Counted from the first letter of the stretch, positions 23,258 through 36,038 are shown. The stretch: DNA of 60,667 nt from Chiloscyllium plagiosum (GCF_004010195.1 NC_057720.1:27240575-27301241); one strand, 5' to 3'. Notes: generated by a model not told the origin, from the letters alone. Translations and numbers: made by a program.

Positions 23258-23457
23258 GACGACCAACATTCATTTTACCTACTCTCTTTTTAAATGCTTG
23301 TAGAAACTGTTTCTATATGTTTTTGCAATCCTAGTTAGCTCCTTCTCATTGTCTTAATTTTTCCCTTGTGATTAAACTTTTAGTCATTCATTTAGGCTTT
23401 ACGTTCTGACCAATCATCTGGCTTGCCACCTAACATTGTGTACTTATATACTTTTTC

Positions 23458-24003
23458 CTTGGCATCATAGTATCCCACAAATCTACCCACACACTTAACC
23501 AGCGACTAATGAACCTAAAGGATCCATTGGTACTACCAGCAAAACTAACATCATTTACAAGATACCTTGCAAGAACTGTAAAAAATACTACATCAGACAA
23601 ACAAGCAGGAAACTTGCCACCAGGATACATGAGCACCAACTAGCCACCAAAAGGCATGACCCACTATCACTAGTTTCCATACATACAGACAAAAGAAGGA
23701 CACTACTTTGACTAGGCCAGCACAACATCTTAGGACAGATGAAACAAACACTCACGAGAATTCTTAGAGGCATGACATTCTAACCAGAACTCCACAAATA
23801 AACACATCGACATAGTTCCCATCTACCTTTACTTGAAAAAAAGAACAGAAATGACATCACCCGCCTTAAGAAACCAAGACCTATAAATAAAGAGATGGGA
23901 CATACCATCAGTGCTTCACCAGAGTCTGTCAATGATGATGTGACCTAGTCATGGTGATGAAACATCTGAAAACAAACCTTCTAGCTCTGTGAGCTAACTT
24001 ACC
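23458..24003 (+). mobile_element. Penelope-like element (Poseidon-type) 3' fragment, GIY-YIG remnant
   Basis: Translates KTNIIYKIPCKNCKKYYIRQTSRKLATRIHEHQLATKRHD. Degenerate hammerhead at about 23930-23970. Probable TSD TACTTATATACTTTTTC / TACCTGTATACTTTTTC (23441-23457, 24004-24020). Confidence 0.85.
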
Positions 24004-24082
24004 TACCTGTATACTTTTTCTGTATGTTTTCCCTAACTTTAGTTAACTGCGAATGGAGGGTCTTCCCTTTTATAGTGAGAAT

Positions 24083-24822
24083 TGTTATGAAGGTGTAGAG
24101 GTACTGTACCTTTAAGAGAGTTGAAAAGCTAGCAAGGGCTGCCTGACACAGCACAACAGTATTCTGAACAAGGTAACAATGTAACACATGGTCGAAACCA
24201 ATAGTACAGCTGCGTTACTATGGAACACAAAAAACAAATTCAAATTTGGCCAATCAATTTAAATAATGCCCCAAGATACTAGAGTCGAATCAAATTTAAA
24301 TTTAGTATTTTGGTAATATTAATGCCAATGAAATGATCTGATGTTTTGGGGTGTAAAACCGGACATTTTGAACAGCTAGAGGGAGAACTGCCAAGCATAA
24401 CATGTACAGACTGCCAGCAGAACAACTCTCTGAAAGGTACTCGTCTACAAGACATTTGCGCAGCAGAACATCGCAAAGACGACAGAGGAAAATCTGCAGA
24501 AGACGATACAGAGAGAAGATTCGACAACTGACTGGTTTTGAAAGTTGAATTTTTTTTTGTAAATCCTAATTGGGATTTTTTTTATCAGACTAGTATTGTA
24601 AAGTGAGAGGTAGAAGATAGGTTTAAGGGAAAGTATTTGTAAATAGTTGTTGGTTTTGATATTCTCTGTTGGACTTAAAGAATAAAGTTGTTAATTTTTA
24701 CGTTAATAGTGACCTCTGGGATAAGTCTTTGCCTCTCGAATTTTAACAGATTACAGCATAAGGTGAATTTTTTCTGTGTGGCTGGCTTAATTTAGCAGAG
24801 GGGTTTACCCTGTGTCATAACA
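24083..24822 (+). mobile_element. Solo LTR, 740 bp (Gypsy-like)
   Basis: GAAT|TGTTATGA...TCATAACA|GAAT: 8-bp terminal inverted repeat, 4-bp TSD and an internal AATAAA at about 24681. Confidence 0.88.
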
Positions 24823-25074
24823 GAATATACTTACCCTGAGTATTCTGAAATATCCTCTTGAAATGTCTGCCAGTGTGTCTATTATGGATATATTCCCTAG
24901 CTTAGAATGTCAATTCACTTCAGCAAGCTCAGCTTTCATGCCCACATAGTTCCCCATTATTTATGTTTAAAACACTAGTCTCACTGGTACCTTTGATTAG
25001 TTCCTTTCAAACTAGGTGCAACATTTAATCATATTGTGGTCGCTGCTACCTAGAAGTGGCTGGAATTTTTAAGT

Positions 25075-26030
25075 ATTTAAGAGGGAAACCAGAGGAGGCT
25101 GCGCGATCATCTCCATCCTCATTAATGGTGGAATCTGGCCAATCATTACAAAAGACAAAGCTGAAATATCAGCAACTATATACAGTCAGATGTGCCAAGT
25201 GGATAGACCATCTTGGCTTCTTCCTGAAATTATGCAGTGTTCAGTTCTGTTTGCAACTGCTGCAGATATTAAAGCATATGCAGTGAGACCTCAGCAACAT
25301 TCAACTTGGGACAACTGTTATCAAGTAATATTAGTGCTATGCGATGTCTGTCTCCAAAAGAGAGAATCTAACCATCTCACCATGATATTCAGTAGCATTA
25401 TCACCACTGAATACCCTATTACCAATATTTTGGGGTTGCAATTGACCAGAAGTTGAACTGATCCAGCAATATCAGTACTGTGACTCCAGGTGTAGGTCAG
25501 GGGTTAGGAATTTGAGCCAGTGAGTTCACCACCTGATTCCCGAAGGTCTGTCCATCATCTGCAAGGCATAAGTCAGGAATGGATATTCTCTGCATATTTG
25601 AAAGAGTGCATCGAAAACAGTATTCAAGATGTTTAACACCATCCAGGCTACTCACACCCTCCACAAGTAATGCTTAGTGGCAACAGCATATTCCATATAC
25701 AAGATGCAGTACAGCAACCACTGAGCTTCTTTCAACAGTGCCTTCCAAATACTCACCTCTAACTCCTTGAAGGTTAAGGGCAGTAGGTACTTGAGGATAT
25801 TACTACTTGCAAGTTTCCTTCCTAGCCACACAACATTCTGAATTGGAATTGTATTGCTTGACTAAAAGCCTGGAACACCCCTCCTAACAGCTCTCTGATT
25901 GTGTCTGCTTTTCATAAACTGGATGGTTCACAAATGTGACTTCCCATTACCCTCGTGAGGCACTTGGGAATTGGCAACTAATGTTGGTGTTGCCAGGGTC
26001 ACTCACAAAGTAGGAATGAAACTTCAAAAA
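25075..26030 (+). mobile_element. Degenerate CR1/L2-clade LINE 3' region
   Basis: CAGATGTGCCAAGTGGATAGACCATCTTGG..., TCCATCATCTGCAAGGCATAAGTCAGGA, and a terminal motif shared with 1000-1206. Confidence 0.6.
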
Positions 26031-28810
26031 AGTCAATTCAATTTTTGATATGGAGTTTTTGCTAGAATAGAACTATGTTCAAAGTTCTCCTATTGGAATG
26101 ATACTGGTTGTTATCCCTTTTTATAAAAGATATTGAATATTCTTAAGGAGGTCTATCTCTTTTGGACGTTTGATTTCCTGTCTTCAGATATAAATATTGC
26201 TTTTTTTTAGCAGTGATGATTCTTCTGCTTAATTTTTATCTGAGATATCTGGTCAGTAGAAAATCAGCTTGTGTGCATACATCAGTATCCTTTTACCCTC
26301 TACTGTGCATTGATTTCTCCAAGCAATTAATTTCTGCTTGATGCAGGTAATTATACTGGTATTTAAATTGCATCAATTTAAATTCCCCTGATCTGCTTTG
26401 ATTGGTGTATGGTAGGCCGACTGGACATATGGCAGTATTGGCTGCTGAGAGTACAACACCCTCCTCCCTCTCTGCCACGGTCATCACATGGCATTGCCGA
26501 GTGCAAGAGCTGACAGCCTCTTATTGACCACAGTTCTCAGTGTGGTAGTATTTTCACTTCAGGGGTCTTGATCTCAGAGAAAGGCCACTAAAACTGCGTG
26601 AGTGGGCGAAGATATGGCAGACCGTGCTACAAAAGGTCAGGTTGGGTGTCTTATCATCTTTTCAACAAGCGAGCGGAACACCTAAAGACACAGCAAGTTC
26701 CCAGCCTTTATAACTTTGTAAAGAAAGGACTTTTATTGGTGTGTTAAGATGGGGATTGTATACTCAACGGTATTGAATTCCAATGTTTATGGCATCAAGA
26801 GCTAAAGACATTGCCACCAATGCAGATTAAATCAGGGATGATTGGGATACCAGAATTAGAGGAACGCATATAACATGGAGAGTTGTGGTTCTGGGAGGAA
26901 CAAGGCCATGGAAAGATCTGAAAACTTGGATGAGAAATTTTATAATCTAGGCATTGCTTAATTGAGAGCCAGGCCACCAAGCACAAGTTAATGGGTGCGT
27001 GGGACTCAGGGCAACAGAGTATTTGATTTCCTTGAGTTTACCAAGGTCAGAACATGAGAGTTTGATGGACTCTTCACTTGAATTGCCAAATCAGCAGTAA
27101 CTGAAGCGTGACTGATAGTTTTGAAATTTGTGATTGCAAAGAAATTCTTTCAACTCACTTTTCAAATTGAGACATAATGCATATGACCCAGCTCGAAATG
27201 ATTTTTATTTGGCCAGATCCTCAGATCAGTTGAATTCTCTGCCGATATTAGCTTTTCACTCCTTTAATTTCTTTCCTTCACTTCTTCAATTTTTACCTTC
27301 AAAAAAAACTCTTGCTTAATCTATGGGAACAAGAGTTAATCATTCAGCCTCACAAGCTTTTTCACGCCATTCAATTAGGGCAAAATCAATCCATATCTCA
27401 ACTTCCATTACCTCGTTTTGGAACCCAATCCCTTTATATCCTTATTTAATAAAAATCTGTTGATCTTACTTTAAAAGATTTCAATTGACATAACGTTTGC
27501 AGGGTTTCAGATGAAAAATTCTAGATTTTCTACTACTTTGTGTAAGCAAAGTAAATTTTGATTTAATTTCTGAATAACCTCATTCTCACATTATATTATG
27601 GCAGATTCTCACTTCCAAGGGAGATAGTGTGGTTTAGGAAGTTTCAGGAAAACTGTACCTTATCTTACCTTTTTTGTTGTCTTGCTTCAGGGGACAGGTG
27701 TGGAATGGTTTTCCCACCCAGAATTTAATTCCTATGATGGTGGGCATCTCACTGGTACCAGCCTGCCCAATTATCCACCCCTTCTCCTCCCACTCCTGTT
27801 TTCTGGAAGGGAACGTTTTACTGTCCCCTACAAATAATGCCCATCCTGCTGACTATTTGGAATCACAGAATCTCATATTTCCTGAATTATTTCCAATTGT
27901 GTTTATTCATGCACACCTTTAACATGGCAAAATATTTCAGGGTGCTTCATAGGAACATTATAAAATGAAATTTGGTACATGAGGGTTGTTGGTGCCACTG
28001 GCAAGGTCAGCATTCGTTGTCCATCCTTACTTGCCCTTGAACTGACTAGGCCACCTCAGACAGCATTTGAAAGTCAATACATTGTTGTAGCTCTGCGGTC
28101 ACATAAGAATGAATGATTTCTTTCCTTTAAGGTGTAAAAGAAGTAGATGCTTTTTTACAATTTTTATGATAGTTTCATGGTCACCATTACTGAGACTAGT
28201 TTTATATTTCAGATTTATTAATTAAGTTTAAATTCCACCAGCTGCTGTGGTAGGATTTGAAACTTTACTTCAACTGTTTTATATGTATGTTTACATATTG
28301 TCAGTTCAGCCCAGTTTTATGTGGTTGCTTCATTTCTCATTGTTAAAATTTTTTTAGATTCAAAATCTTGGTTTTGACTCTTCTGCTCCCTCTCAAACCT
28401 AATGTCAAATTCAGTTATTATTTGCAAGCTATTTCCTTGCTTTGGATGTTAAACCAATTCTGAATCATTACTCTTAATGATGTCATATTCATCCTCATTA
28501 ATTCTAATCATATTGTTCTTAAATTCTCCTGAATAAGTTTTAGAAATTTTTTGCCTTTGTTTTAAAAAGCCTTTGAATTTAAAAAGCTTTTCTCTGGCAC
28601 CAACACCCAGCTCCAAATTACATTTCAGTTGTTGTTTCTGTAGACCACGCAACTATTACTGTGTCTGAGATCTACCAATACCGTTTTTGTTGTTATAATT
28701 GTGTATTTTCAATATTGACGTTACTTTTCAAAATTTCTTGTTCTGCCTGAGGACCCTACAGCCCAGAATATTCAGTTCAGAATCATGCCTAGTTTGTAGC
28801 CAGTTTTATT

Positions 28811-29218
28811 AGAATTAGAATCCCTACAGTGTGGAAACAGGCCCTTCGGCCCAACAAATCCACACTGACTCTCCGAAGAGTAATCCAACCAGACCCGTTC
28901 CCCTACCCTATTGTCTGACATTTACCCCTGACTAATGCGCTTAACCTACACATCCCTGATCACAATGGGCAACTTAGCATCACCAATTCACTTAAACTGC
29001 ACATTTTTGGATTGTGGGAGGAAACCGGAATCCACGCAGACTCGGGGAGAACATGCAAACTCAACACAGACAGTCGCCCGAGGCCCGGGTCCCTGGCGCT
29101 GTGAGGTAACAGTGCTAACCACTGAACCACTGTGTCGCCCACTGTTAGTTCCTCACCTAAATCTTTAAAATATATTGTGAATAGCTGGGGTCCAAGCACT
29201 GATCCCTCTGCTATACCC
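28811..29218 (-). mobile_element. HE1 SINE (28811-29140) fused to a 78-bp CR1 RT piece (29141-29218)
   Basis: Minus-strand GSVLGPQLFTIYF runs directly into the SINE head. The SINE tail ...CACACTGTAGGGATTCTAATTCTA is complete. Confidence 0.88.
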
Positions 29219-30399
29219 AATGAGTCTTTCTGTAATGATTACTGTGTCATATCATTTCGGTTGAAATTAGTGTTTGTAATTTAGTTATTTGATTACAGGA
29301 CATTCATTTGAGTAACCGCCCCACCCTGTCGATAGGCTATGATGATGTAATTCCCATATCATGTCACTTTTAGTTGTAAATGTTCTGCACTTTGCTCCAT
29401 TGGCTGTTTACTGTTTTTAATTTTCATCAGGTGTTTTGTTATTACTTCTGATAACATTTTATTTCTCTGAAGTATTTATATTTTCATTGCCTCATTTTGG
29501 ATTCAACATTTGTTCTTTTCCCTTTGTTAATTTTCAGGTTACTATTTTTCTACCCAGGACTCTTTCTGTTCCTCACTCGCCCTGCACTCCCTTTTTGCAG
29601 TTCCGTTTATCTTTTCTAATAGAAGCACAATACAAAACTAATTCAAATACAGTCCATCTCTTTGGATGCTTCCTGTTTCAGTATTGGGAATACTGGGGCC
29701 AGTATCCTGTGAAATGGGACCCCCACTTCACATCAGTCTTTCAATAATACATTTAGTTTGCAACCATTGAGGTACTGCTGTTCAGTTTAATGCAGAGGTC
29801 CTAATATTCCCTTTATAGATGTTGATTCTGATAGATTAGAACAACGTATTCTTCCTCATCAATTTGAGTTCTTGAAAAATTCCATAACTGGCAACACAAT
29901 CTGCTGGACTCGTAATCATGATGTACTCTTATCCTGCTAATTATTACATCAGCTATAAATACAATCCTCCCATTTCAAATTGACCTGTTTTGTGAACAGT
30001 TGTTCTATAGCAATGAAGTCTGCTTTGTTGCAGAGCCACCCACTGATAGGCTGTGGTGCTGAATATTTGTTGAAAACTCCAGTTTGGATATGCAAGTGAT
30101 GCTTTCTTTAACGTATCATAACATGTTAAAATAGTTATTGCTCCAGCTTCAGATGCTGCTTTCTTTCATTTGCATTTGTTTTTCAATATTGATCAATAGC
30201 AACATTGGTTGCTTTGCTCTCAATTTACTGGAAAACTATTGTATTGTTATTTAGACTAAAGCAAATTACTTGGGATGCTGGAAATCAGAAACAAACAAAA
30301 AGTGTTAGAATTAGTAGTGTTAATGTCTTTCATGCTTGATATCTGCAGTGCTGTGAATTTACTTTTCTCTGAGATTATTTTTTGTTAAGATCTTCCCTC

Positions 30400-30750
30400 A
30401 CAGTAGCTCGAACACAGAATGGATTTATATCTTATTTGTATCTTATTTGGGACCCCACTTCAGGACTTGCGTATAAAATCATGAACTTGATGGTTCACTC
30501 ACTGTTCACGTGAATGAAAAATCATTCCTTGGGTTGTTTAATGTGTATTGAAAGAGAACATTTTGAAGTAATCTCGCAGGATTTGGTAGCAAGGTCAAGA
30601 TTCCTCCTTCAACAGCAATCTGCTTATTCATTCCATCTGTTTATGGGATTTTGCTGTGCGTGAAATATTTGCTATGGTTATTTATTAATTTAATTATGTG
30701 AAATGCACTTTACAACATCCCAAGGATGTAACAGGTACTATGTAAATTTT
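30400..30750 (+). mobile_element. Highly decayed Deu-domain SINE
   Basis: TGTTTATGGGATTTTGCTGTGCG...TGTGAAATGCACTTTACAACATCCCAAGGATGTAACAGGTACTATGTAAAT resembles the 3' part of a DeuSINE. Confidence 0.4.
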
Positions 30751-31061
30751 CTCTTTCATGTTAGTTCCCATGATTTTGTGTGAGTTACTCATAAGGTGTG
30801 TTCTAACCTGCTTCAGCGTATTAACACTTGCTGTGGCCACATTGTTAACATGTGATGGAACTCCCTGCCCTTCATTCTATTCTTCTTAAAGTAAGTATTC
30901 TTAAAGCACTAAATTATTTACTAAATACATAGTGTAGCTTTTAATTATAGGTTCAAAATGAAGCAATGAAGTCTCTTATTCCGAAGGGCATGAAGTGAAT
31001 TGTAATCAGTGACTCCTTTTGCCTCACTTATTAAGAAGCTTGTTCATTCAGTTTGAGATTT

Positions 31062-31079
31062 TGTGTGTGTGTGTGTGTG
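31062..31079. repeat. (TG)n microsatellite
   Basis: Direct reading. Confidence 0.9.
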
Positions 31080-31689
31080 GTCCTGCATACCATCTGTTTT
31101 AAGAGTTTTTCACAAATTTACCCAAATAATATACCGGGCTGCATAACTACACAGGAGCTTAATGATGCTGGTTTCTATTTTTTGTAAAGTATTAACGAAC
31201 ACCCAACTTGAAGTTAGCAAAATCACATGGAATAGTGTAATTGATTTGTGTTATTAGTGTTTTTACATTTTTGTGTTGCTCTTGTCACTCTCTGCCACAA
31301 GTTCAATTAGTTGTTGGCTACTCATGATAGATGCAAATATGAAAGCAAGAAACCTTTGAGCAACAATCCTAAGACAGGGATTGTACTGTCAGACCATATA
31401 AGTTCCTCATAATGAACTAAGTGAATTTGCATTTACAGATTTAAGTAACACTAGATGAGTCCAAAATAATTCCGTACCATTCTATCTTTCTAACTATTAA
31501 CTTGAAATAACACAAGTTCCACTCAAAAGCACTTCTGAATATTTGTCTTTGTCAGTGCTGGAGGTAATTGTTAATCATGACAGAAATATAACTGTGGGAT
31601 ATATTGTTCGCAATAATTTGAAATTTGGGAGCATACTGAATGCTAAATCCCCAGAGTAAGTTTATTCTATTTATTTCACATCAGTGAAA

Positions 31690-32150
31690 GAACAAATGTT
31701 GAGAAAGCATCTTTCATGACTTTCAAGCATCTCAAAACTCTTTCTCAGGCACTGAAATATACTGCATCTCAAAACTCTTTCTCAGGCACTGAAATATACT
31801 GTTTTGGTTGCCATATTTCAATACATTGGAACAGTCTGTGCACATGGAGAACTGATAAATAGTAATGACAGTAATGATCTCTGTTTTATCGAGTTAGTTG
31901 AGGGATGTGTTGACTACAATGCCAGAAAGAAATTCCCACCATTACTTAGAATAATGTCATGCGGAATGTTTTACAATCATTCAGTGGGGCCTCAAATTAA
32001 CATCTTGTCAGATAAAGGGCATCATTCACAGAGCTGCACTTGCACTAAAGTGTTGGTTCTAAAATGACAGTTAGTATATACTTTTAGTCTTTGGAGTCAA
32101 ACTTTAAATGTACAACTTCTGATTGAAATATATGTATGCTGCCATCTAAC
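31690..32150 (-). mobile_element. Decayed Deu-domain SINE (SacSINE1/AmnSINE1-related)
   Basis: Antisense similarity to 52200-52515 (TTAGAATAATGTCATGCGGAATGTTTTACA...GGGGCCTCAAATTAACATCTTGTCAGA). Confidence 0.5.
31727..31800. repeat. Perfect 37-bp tandem duplication
   Basis: GCATCTCAAAACTCTTTCTCAGGCACTGAAATATACT x2. Confidence 0.95.
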
Positions 32151-33112
32151 ATACATTTTGGGCCAAATCTTGTGTTACTCTTAGGAATAGGAAGCAAGAG
32201 AAAGTAGGGAAGACATAACTGTACGTTCCCCAAACTTTTAAAGGCAGGTCAGGTTTCCCGCAAGTTTTAAGCATTGGAAAATGTTTGCATACACTTGCAT
32301 ATCATGCATGCTCATTAAAAGATTGGCTCACCAGAATTAAGATCTCCTTTCCAGTTACGTTTTACAAGAGGACACAATATATGCCTTCAAGTTCATAGCT
32401 GCATATAGGTTAAATGCAACAAATGAGATACTCGCCTTCCTGGACCTCGGAGTGAGGAGCCATTGCTTTGTCGTCTTTGGGGATAGCTCATCCATGTCTT
32501 GCTGCGATTCAGATAGTATGACAGTAATCCCAAAGTGCACTGGGCATGGAGAATGAGCGTGAGAAGGAGGCTGGACTGTAATGGGCAGACGTCAAAGAAG
32601 CTGCTGAAAGGTGGGAAAGGGAGGCTGATCGGGCAATATAAGATAGACCAGAATATTTAGTTCCTTACAGGGAATCGATGCCTTTTAAGGTATCCTTTAA
32701 ATATGGTGCTGAAACCTTGCTGGGATGGGGGTGTGTTGCATTTCCTTGCCACTCCACCCCAAACATTGCTGAGCTCTTTATTCATTCACACATTGTTTAA
32801 CCAATTGTTTAACCAAATTCACAGCGAATTTTATTCTCGTCTGGCATCTGCACATATCTGCTTTCTAACAAGTTAGTGGTAAGACTGATCTTTTCCATCA
32901 TTATCCTGCATCAAAACAAAGAATCCATTCCATTTGTGAGAAACTGCAACTTTCTTGGACTTTATAGTCCACCAACAAAAATAGTAATATTTGCTTTTGA
33001 TTTATATAATTTCAGTCAATTAACTTTATAGTGGAAGGTGAGGTTTATTGGATGCAAACTGGAAGACAAGAAGTTTCCTAGCTTATAAGGCAAAGAAAAT
33101 TTTTTCTCAAGT

Positions 33113-33140
33113 ATCGGTTACTACAAATCGGTTACTACAA
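33113..33140. repeat. 14-bp tandem duplication
   Basis: ATCGGTTACTACAA x2. Confidence 0.9.
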
Positions 33141-33652
33141 AGATGCTTTGTTGAGCTAGTATTGTTTTTAACATGTTAATGAATATGTAAGGAAATATGT
33201 AACTTCACATGAAAGCAGTGTTGTTTGATGTAGCAGTGATTTGTAGGGACCAGAAGCATTTTAGTTCAGGAAAGACTATTTGGAAACAAACCATACATAT
33301 ATCTGTGGCTGATTCTATTTAATTGTTTTATCAACAAATACCCGTGTACTGAAATAATAATAAACGTTTGTATAATTCCTTCAATGATCTACAACATTAA
33401 GAAATAAGGATGTTGCAAAATGTTATAGGAAAGGATAAGAAGCATTTTATTAGATTTATCTTCATATAACCTAAAGTTCTGTGAATTGTAGACTTTTAAC
33501 ACAATGTTCTTTTAGTCTACAAAGTTTATGTAATAATAGACTCTGTGATTAAAAGCTCCTAAAGGTACTAACCAGTCACCCAGAAAGTTAAACTCTGGAA
33601 AAGCTTTGTCAAGTGACAACTTTAGTCTCATTCCTGAGTTAAGAAAATAATA

Positions 33653-34499
33653 GCTGAAAATGTGTTGCTGGAAAAGCGCAGCAGGTCAGGCAGCATCCAG
33701 GGAACAGGAGAATCGACGTTTCGGGCATAAGCCCTTCTTCAGGAATGAGGAAAGTTTGTCCAGCAGGCTAAGATAAAAGGTAGGAGGGACTTGGGGGAGG
33801 GGCGTCGGAAATGCGATAGGTGGAAAGAGGTCAAGGGGAGGGTGATAGGTCAGACNNNNNNNNNNNNNNNNNNNNNNNNNNNNNNNNNNNNNNNNNNNNN
33901 NNNNNNNNNNNNNNNNNNNNNNNNNNNNNNNNNNNNNNNNNNNNNNNNNNNNNNNNNNNNNNNNNNNNNNNNNNNNNNNNNNNNNNNNNNNNNNNNNNNN
34001 NNNNNNNNNNNNNNNNNNNNNNNNNNNNNNNNNNNNNNNNNNNNNNNNNNNNNNNNNNNNNNNNNNNNNNNNNNNNNNNNNNNNNNNNNNNNNNNNNNNN
34101 NNNNNNNNNNNNNNNNNNNNNNNNNNNNNNNNNNNNNNNNNNNNNNNNNNNNNNNNNNNNNNNNNNNNNNNNNNNNNNNNNNNNNNNNNNGGGAGTGGTC
34201 TTCACGGAATGCTGATAGGGGAGGGGAGGGAAATATATCCTTGGTGGTGGGGTCCGTTTGGAGTTGGCGGAAATGACGGCGGATGATGCGCTGTACATGG
34301 AGATTGGTGGGGTGGTAGGTGAGGACCAGTGGGGTTCTGTCCTGGTGGCAGTTGGAGGGGCAGGGCTCAAGGGCAGAGGAACGGGAAGTGGAAGAGATGC
34401 GGTGGAGGGTATCGTCGACCACGTCGGGGGGGAAATTGCGGTCCTTGAAGAAGGAGGCCATCTGGGTTGTGCGTTTTTGGAACTGGTCCTCCTGGGAGC
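33653..34499 (-). mobile_element. Young Neptune-type PLE fragment spanning an assembly gap; hammerhead at 33711-33746
   Basis: Minus-strand MASFFKDRNFPPDVVDD...DRTPLVLTYHPTNL..QRIIRRHFRQLQTDPTTKDIFPSPPLSAFR. Flanked by AGAAAATAATA (33642-33652 and 34500-34510). Confidence 0.85.
33856..34190. other. Assembly gap (335 N)
   Basis: Run of n. Confidence 1.
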
Positions 34500-35436
34500 A
34501 GAAAATAATATAAAACTAGGATCAGGAGTATGCAGATCAGCCTTTCAACCTGCTCTGCCATTTCATAAGATCATGGCTGATCTCATCTCGTCTCAACTTG
34601 CTTATATTTTGTAACTTGTTCATAACCGATATTTTATTTCAACAACACAACCTATTTGTAATCTCAGATGCACAAGTTTTAAACCAAATTATTTTGAATC
34701 TCATCTGGTAGATTTTTGTGATTTTTAATATAAAGGAAGATTGTAAGAGTTTCTTTAGATATATAAAGGGCAAAAGCGAACATTGGATCACTGGAAAATG
34801 ATGCTGGAGAGATAGTAGTGTGGAACAAGGAAATGGCGGAGGAACTGAATAATTACTTTGTGTTAGTCTTCACAGTGGAAGACACAAGTAATATTCCAAA
34901 AATTCAAGAGTCAGGGAGCAGAGCTGAGTAGAGTAAGGTGGTCTTCACCAAGGAGAAGGTGCTAGAAAAACTGAAGGATCTAAAAGTGGATAAATCACCT
35001 GGACTAGATGGACGACACCCCAATGTTCTAGATAGTGGAGGCATTAGTGGCGATCTTTCAGGAATCACTAGAGTCAGGGAGGGTCCCAGAGGACTGGAAA
35101 ATCAGTAATATGACACCTTTGTTTAAAAGGGAGGAAGGGAAAAGATGGAAACTTACAGGCCGATTAGCTTGGTTGTGGGTAAGAATTGGAGTCCATTGTG
35201 AAGGATGAGATTTCTGAATACTTGGAAGTGTATGGTAAAATAGGATAAAACCAGCATGGTTTCATCAAGGGAACGTCGTGTCTGACAAATCTGTTAGAAT
35301 TCTTTGAGGAGGTAACGAGCAGGTCAGACCAAGGATAGCCAATGGATGTTATCTGTCTGGACTTCAAGAAGGCTTTTGACAAGGTGCTGCACAGGACCCT
35401 GCTGAACAAGATAAAGGCTCATGGAATTAGAGGCAA

Positions 35437-35619
35437 AGTTAAAAATCACACAACACCAGGTTATAGTCCAACAGGTTTAATTGGAAGCACTAGCTTTCAG
35501 AGCACCACTCCTTCATCAGGTGGTTGTGGAAAATATAATTGTAAGACACAGAATTTATAGCAAAAGTTTACAGTATAATGTAACTGAAATTATACATTGA
35601 AAATTACCTTGATTGTTTG
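35437..35619 (-). mobile_element. PLE terminal fragment with 10-bp TSD
   Basis: TSD TTAGAGGCAA at 35427-35436 and 35620-35629. Antisense copy of the family at 40205-40618. Confidence 0.8.
35488..35522 (-). ncRNA. Minimal hammerhead ribozyme motif (AGCT stem III)
   Basis: Reverse complement CAC-CTGATGA-A-GGAG-TGGTG-CTCT-GAAAGCTA-GTG, with stem I CAC/GTG. Confidence 0.7.
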
Positions 35620-36038
35620 TTAGAGGCAAGGTGCTAGCATGGATAGTAGATTGGATGTCTGGCAGAAAGCAGAGAATGGGGATAAAAGGGTCTCAGGATG
35701 GCAACCAGTGACAAGTGGTGTTCGCAAGGGTCATTGTTGGGACCACAACATTTAATGATGTAAATGAAGGAACTGAGGGCATCCCCAGATGATACAACAA
35801 TAAGCAGAGAGACAGGTAGTACTGAGGAGGCAGGGAGGCTGCAGAAGGATTTGTCCAGGTAAGGGGAGAGGGTAAAGAAGTGGCAGATGAAGTATAACGT
35901 GGGAAAGTGTGAGGTAAGAAGAATAGAGGCATGGACTATTTTCTAAATAGGGAGAAAATTCAGAAGTTTGAAGTGCAAAGAGACTTGGGAGTTCTAGTCC
36001 AGGATCCTCTCACGATAAACTTGCAGGTTGAATCAGTA

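Larger units (their letters stand above)
21640..25055 (-). mobile_element. Old CR1 LINE, fragmented and host to several later insertions
   Basis: Minus-strand PSQGSMLDPQLFTI...NTKIDRKV.CEEDIRKLQTDLDRLNEWAK...KCEVIHFGRKN. Antisense CR1-like sequence resumes between the inserts. Confidence 0.7.
34725..36038 (+). mobile_element. CR1 LINE ORF2 (RT) fragment
   Basis: QHGFIKGTSCLTNLLEFFEEVT; MDVICLDFKKAFDKVLHRTLLNKIKAHGIRGK. Interrupted by a PLE and a Tigger-like element; resumes at 36860. Confidence 0.9.

Noticed and set aside
33791..34461. Long ORFs across 33.8-34.5 kb
   Set aside because: Their length is an artefact of the N gap. Only the PLE-derived part is meaningful.
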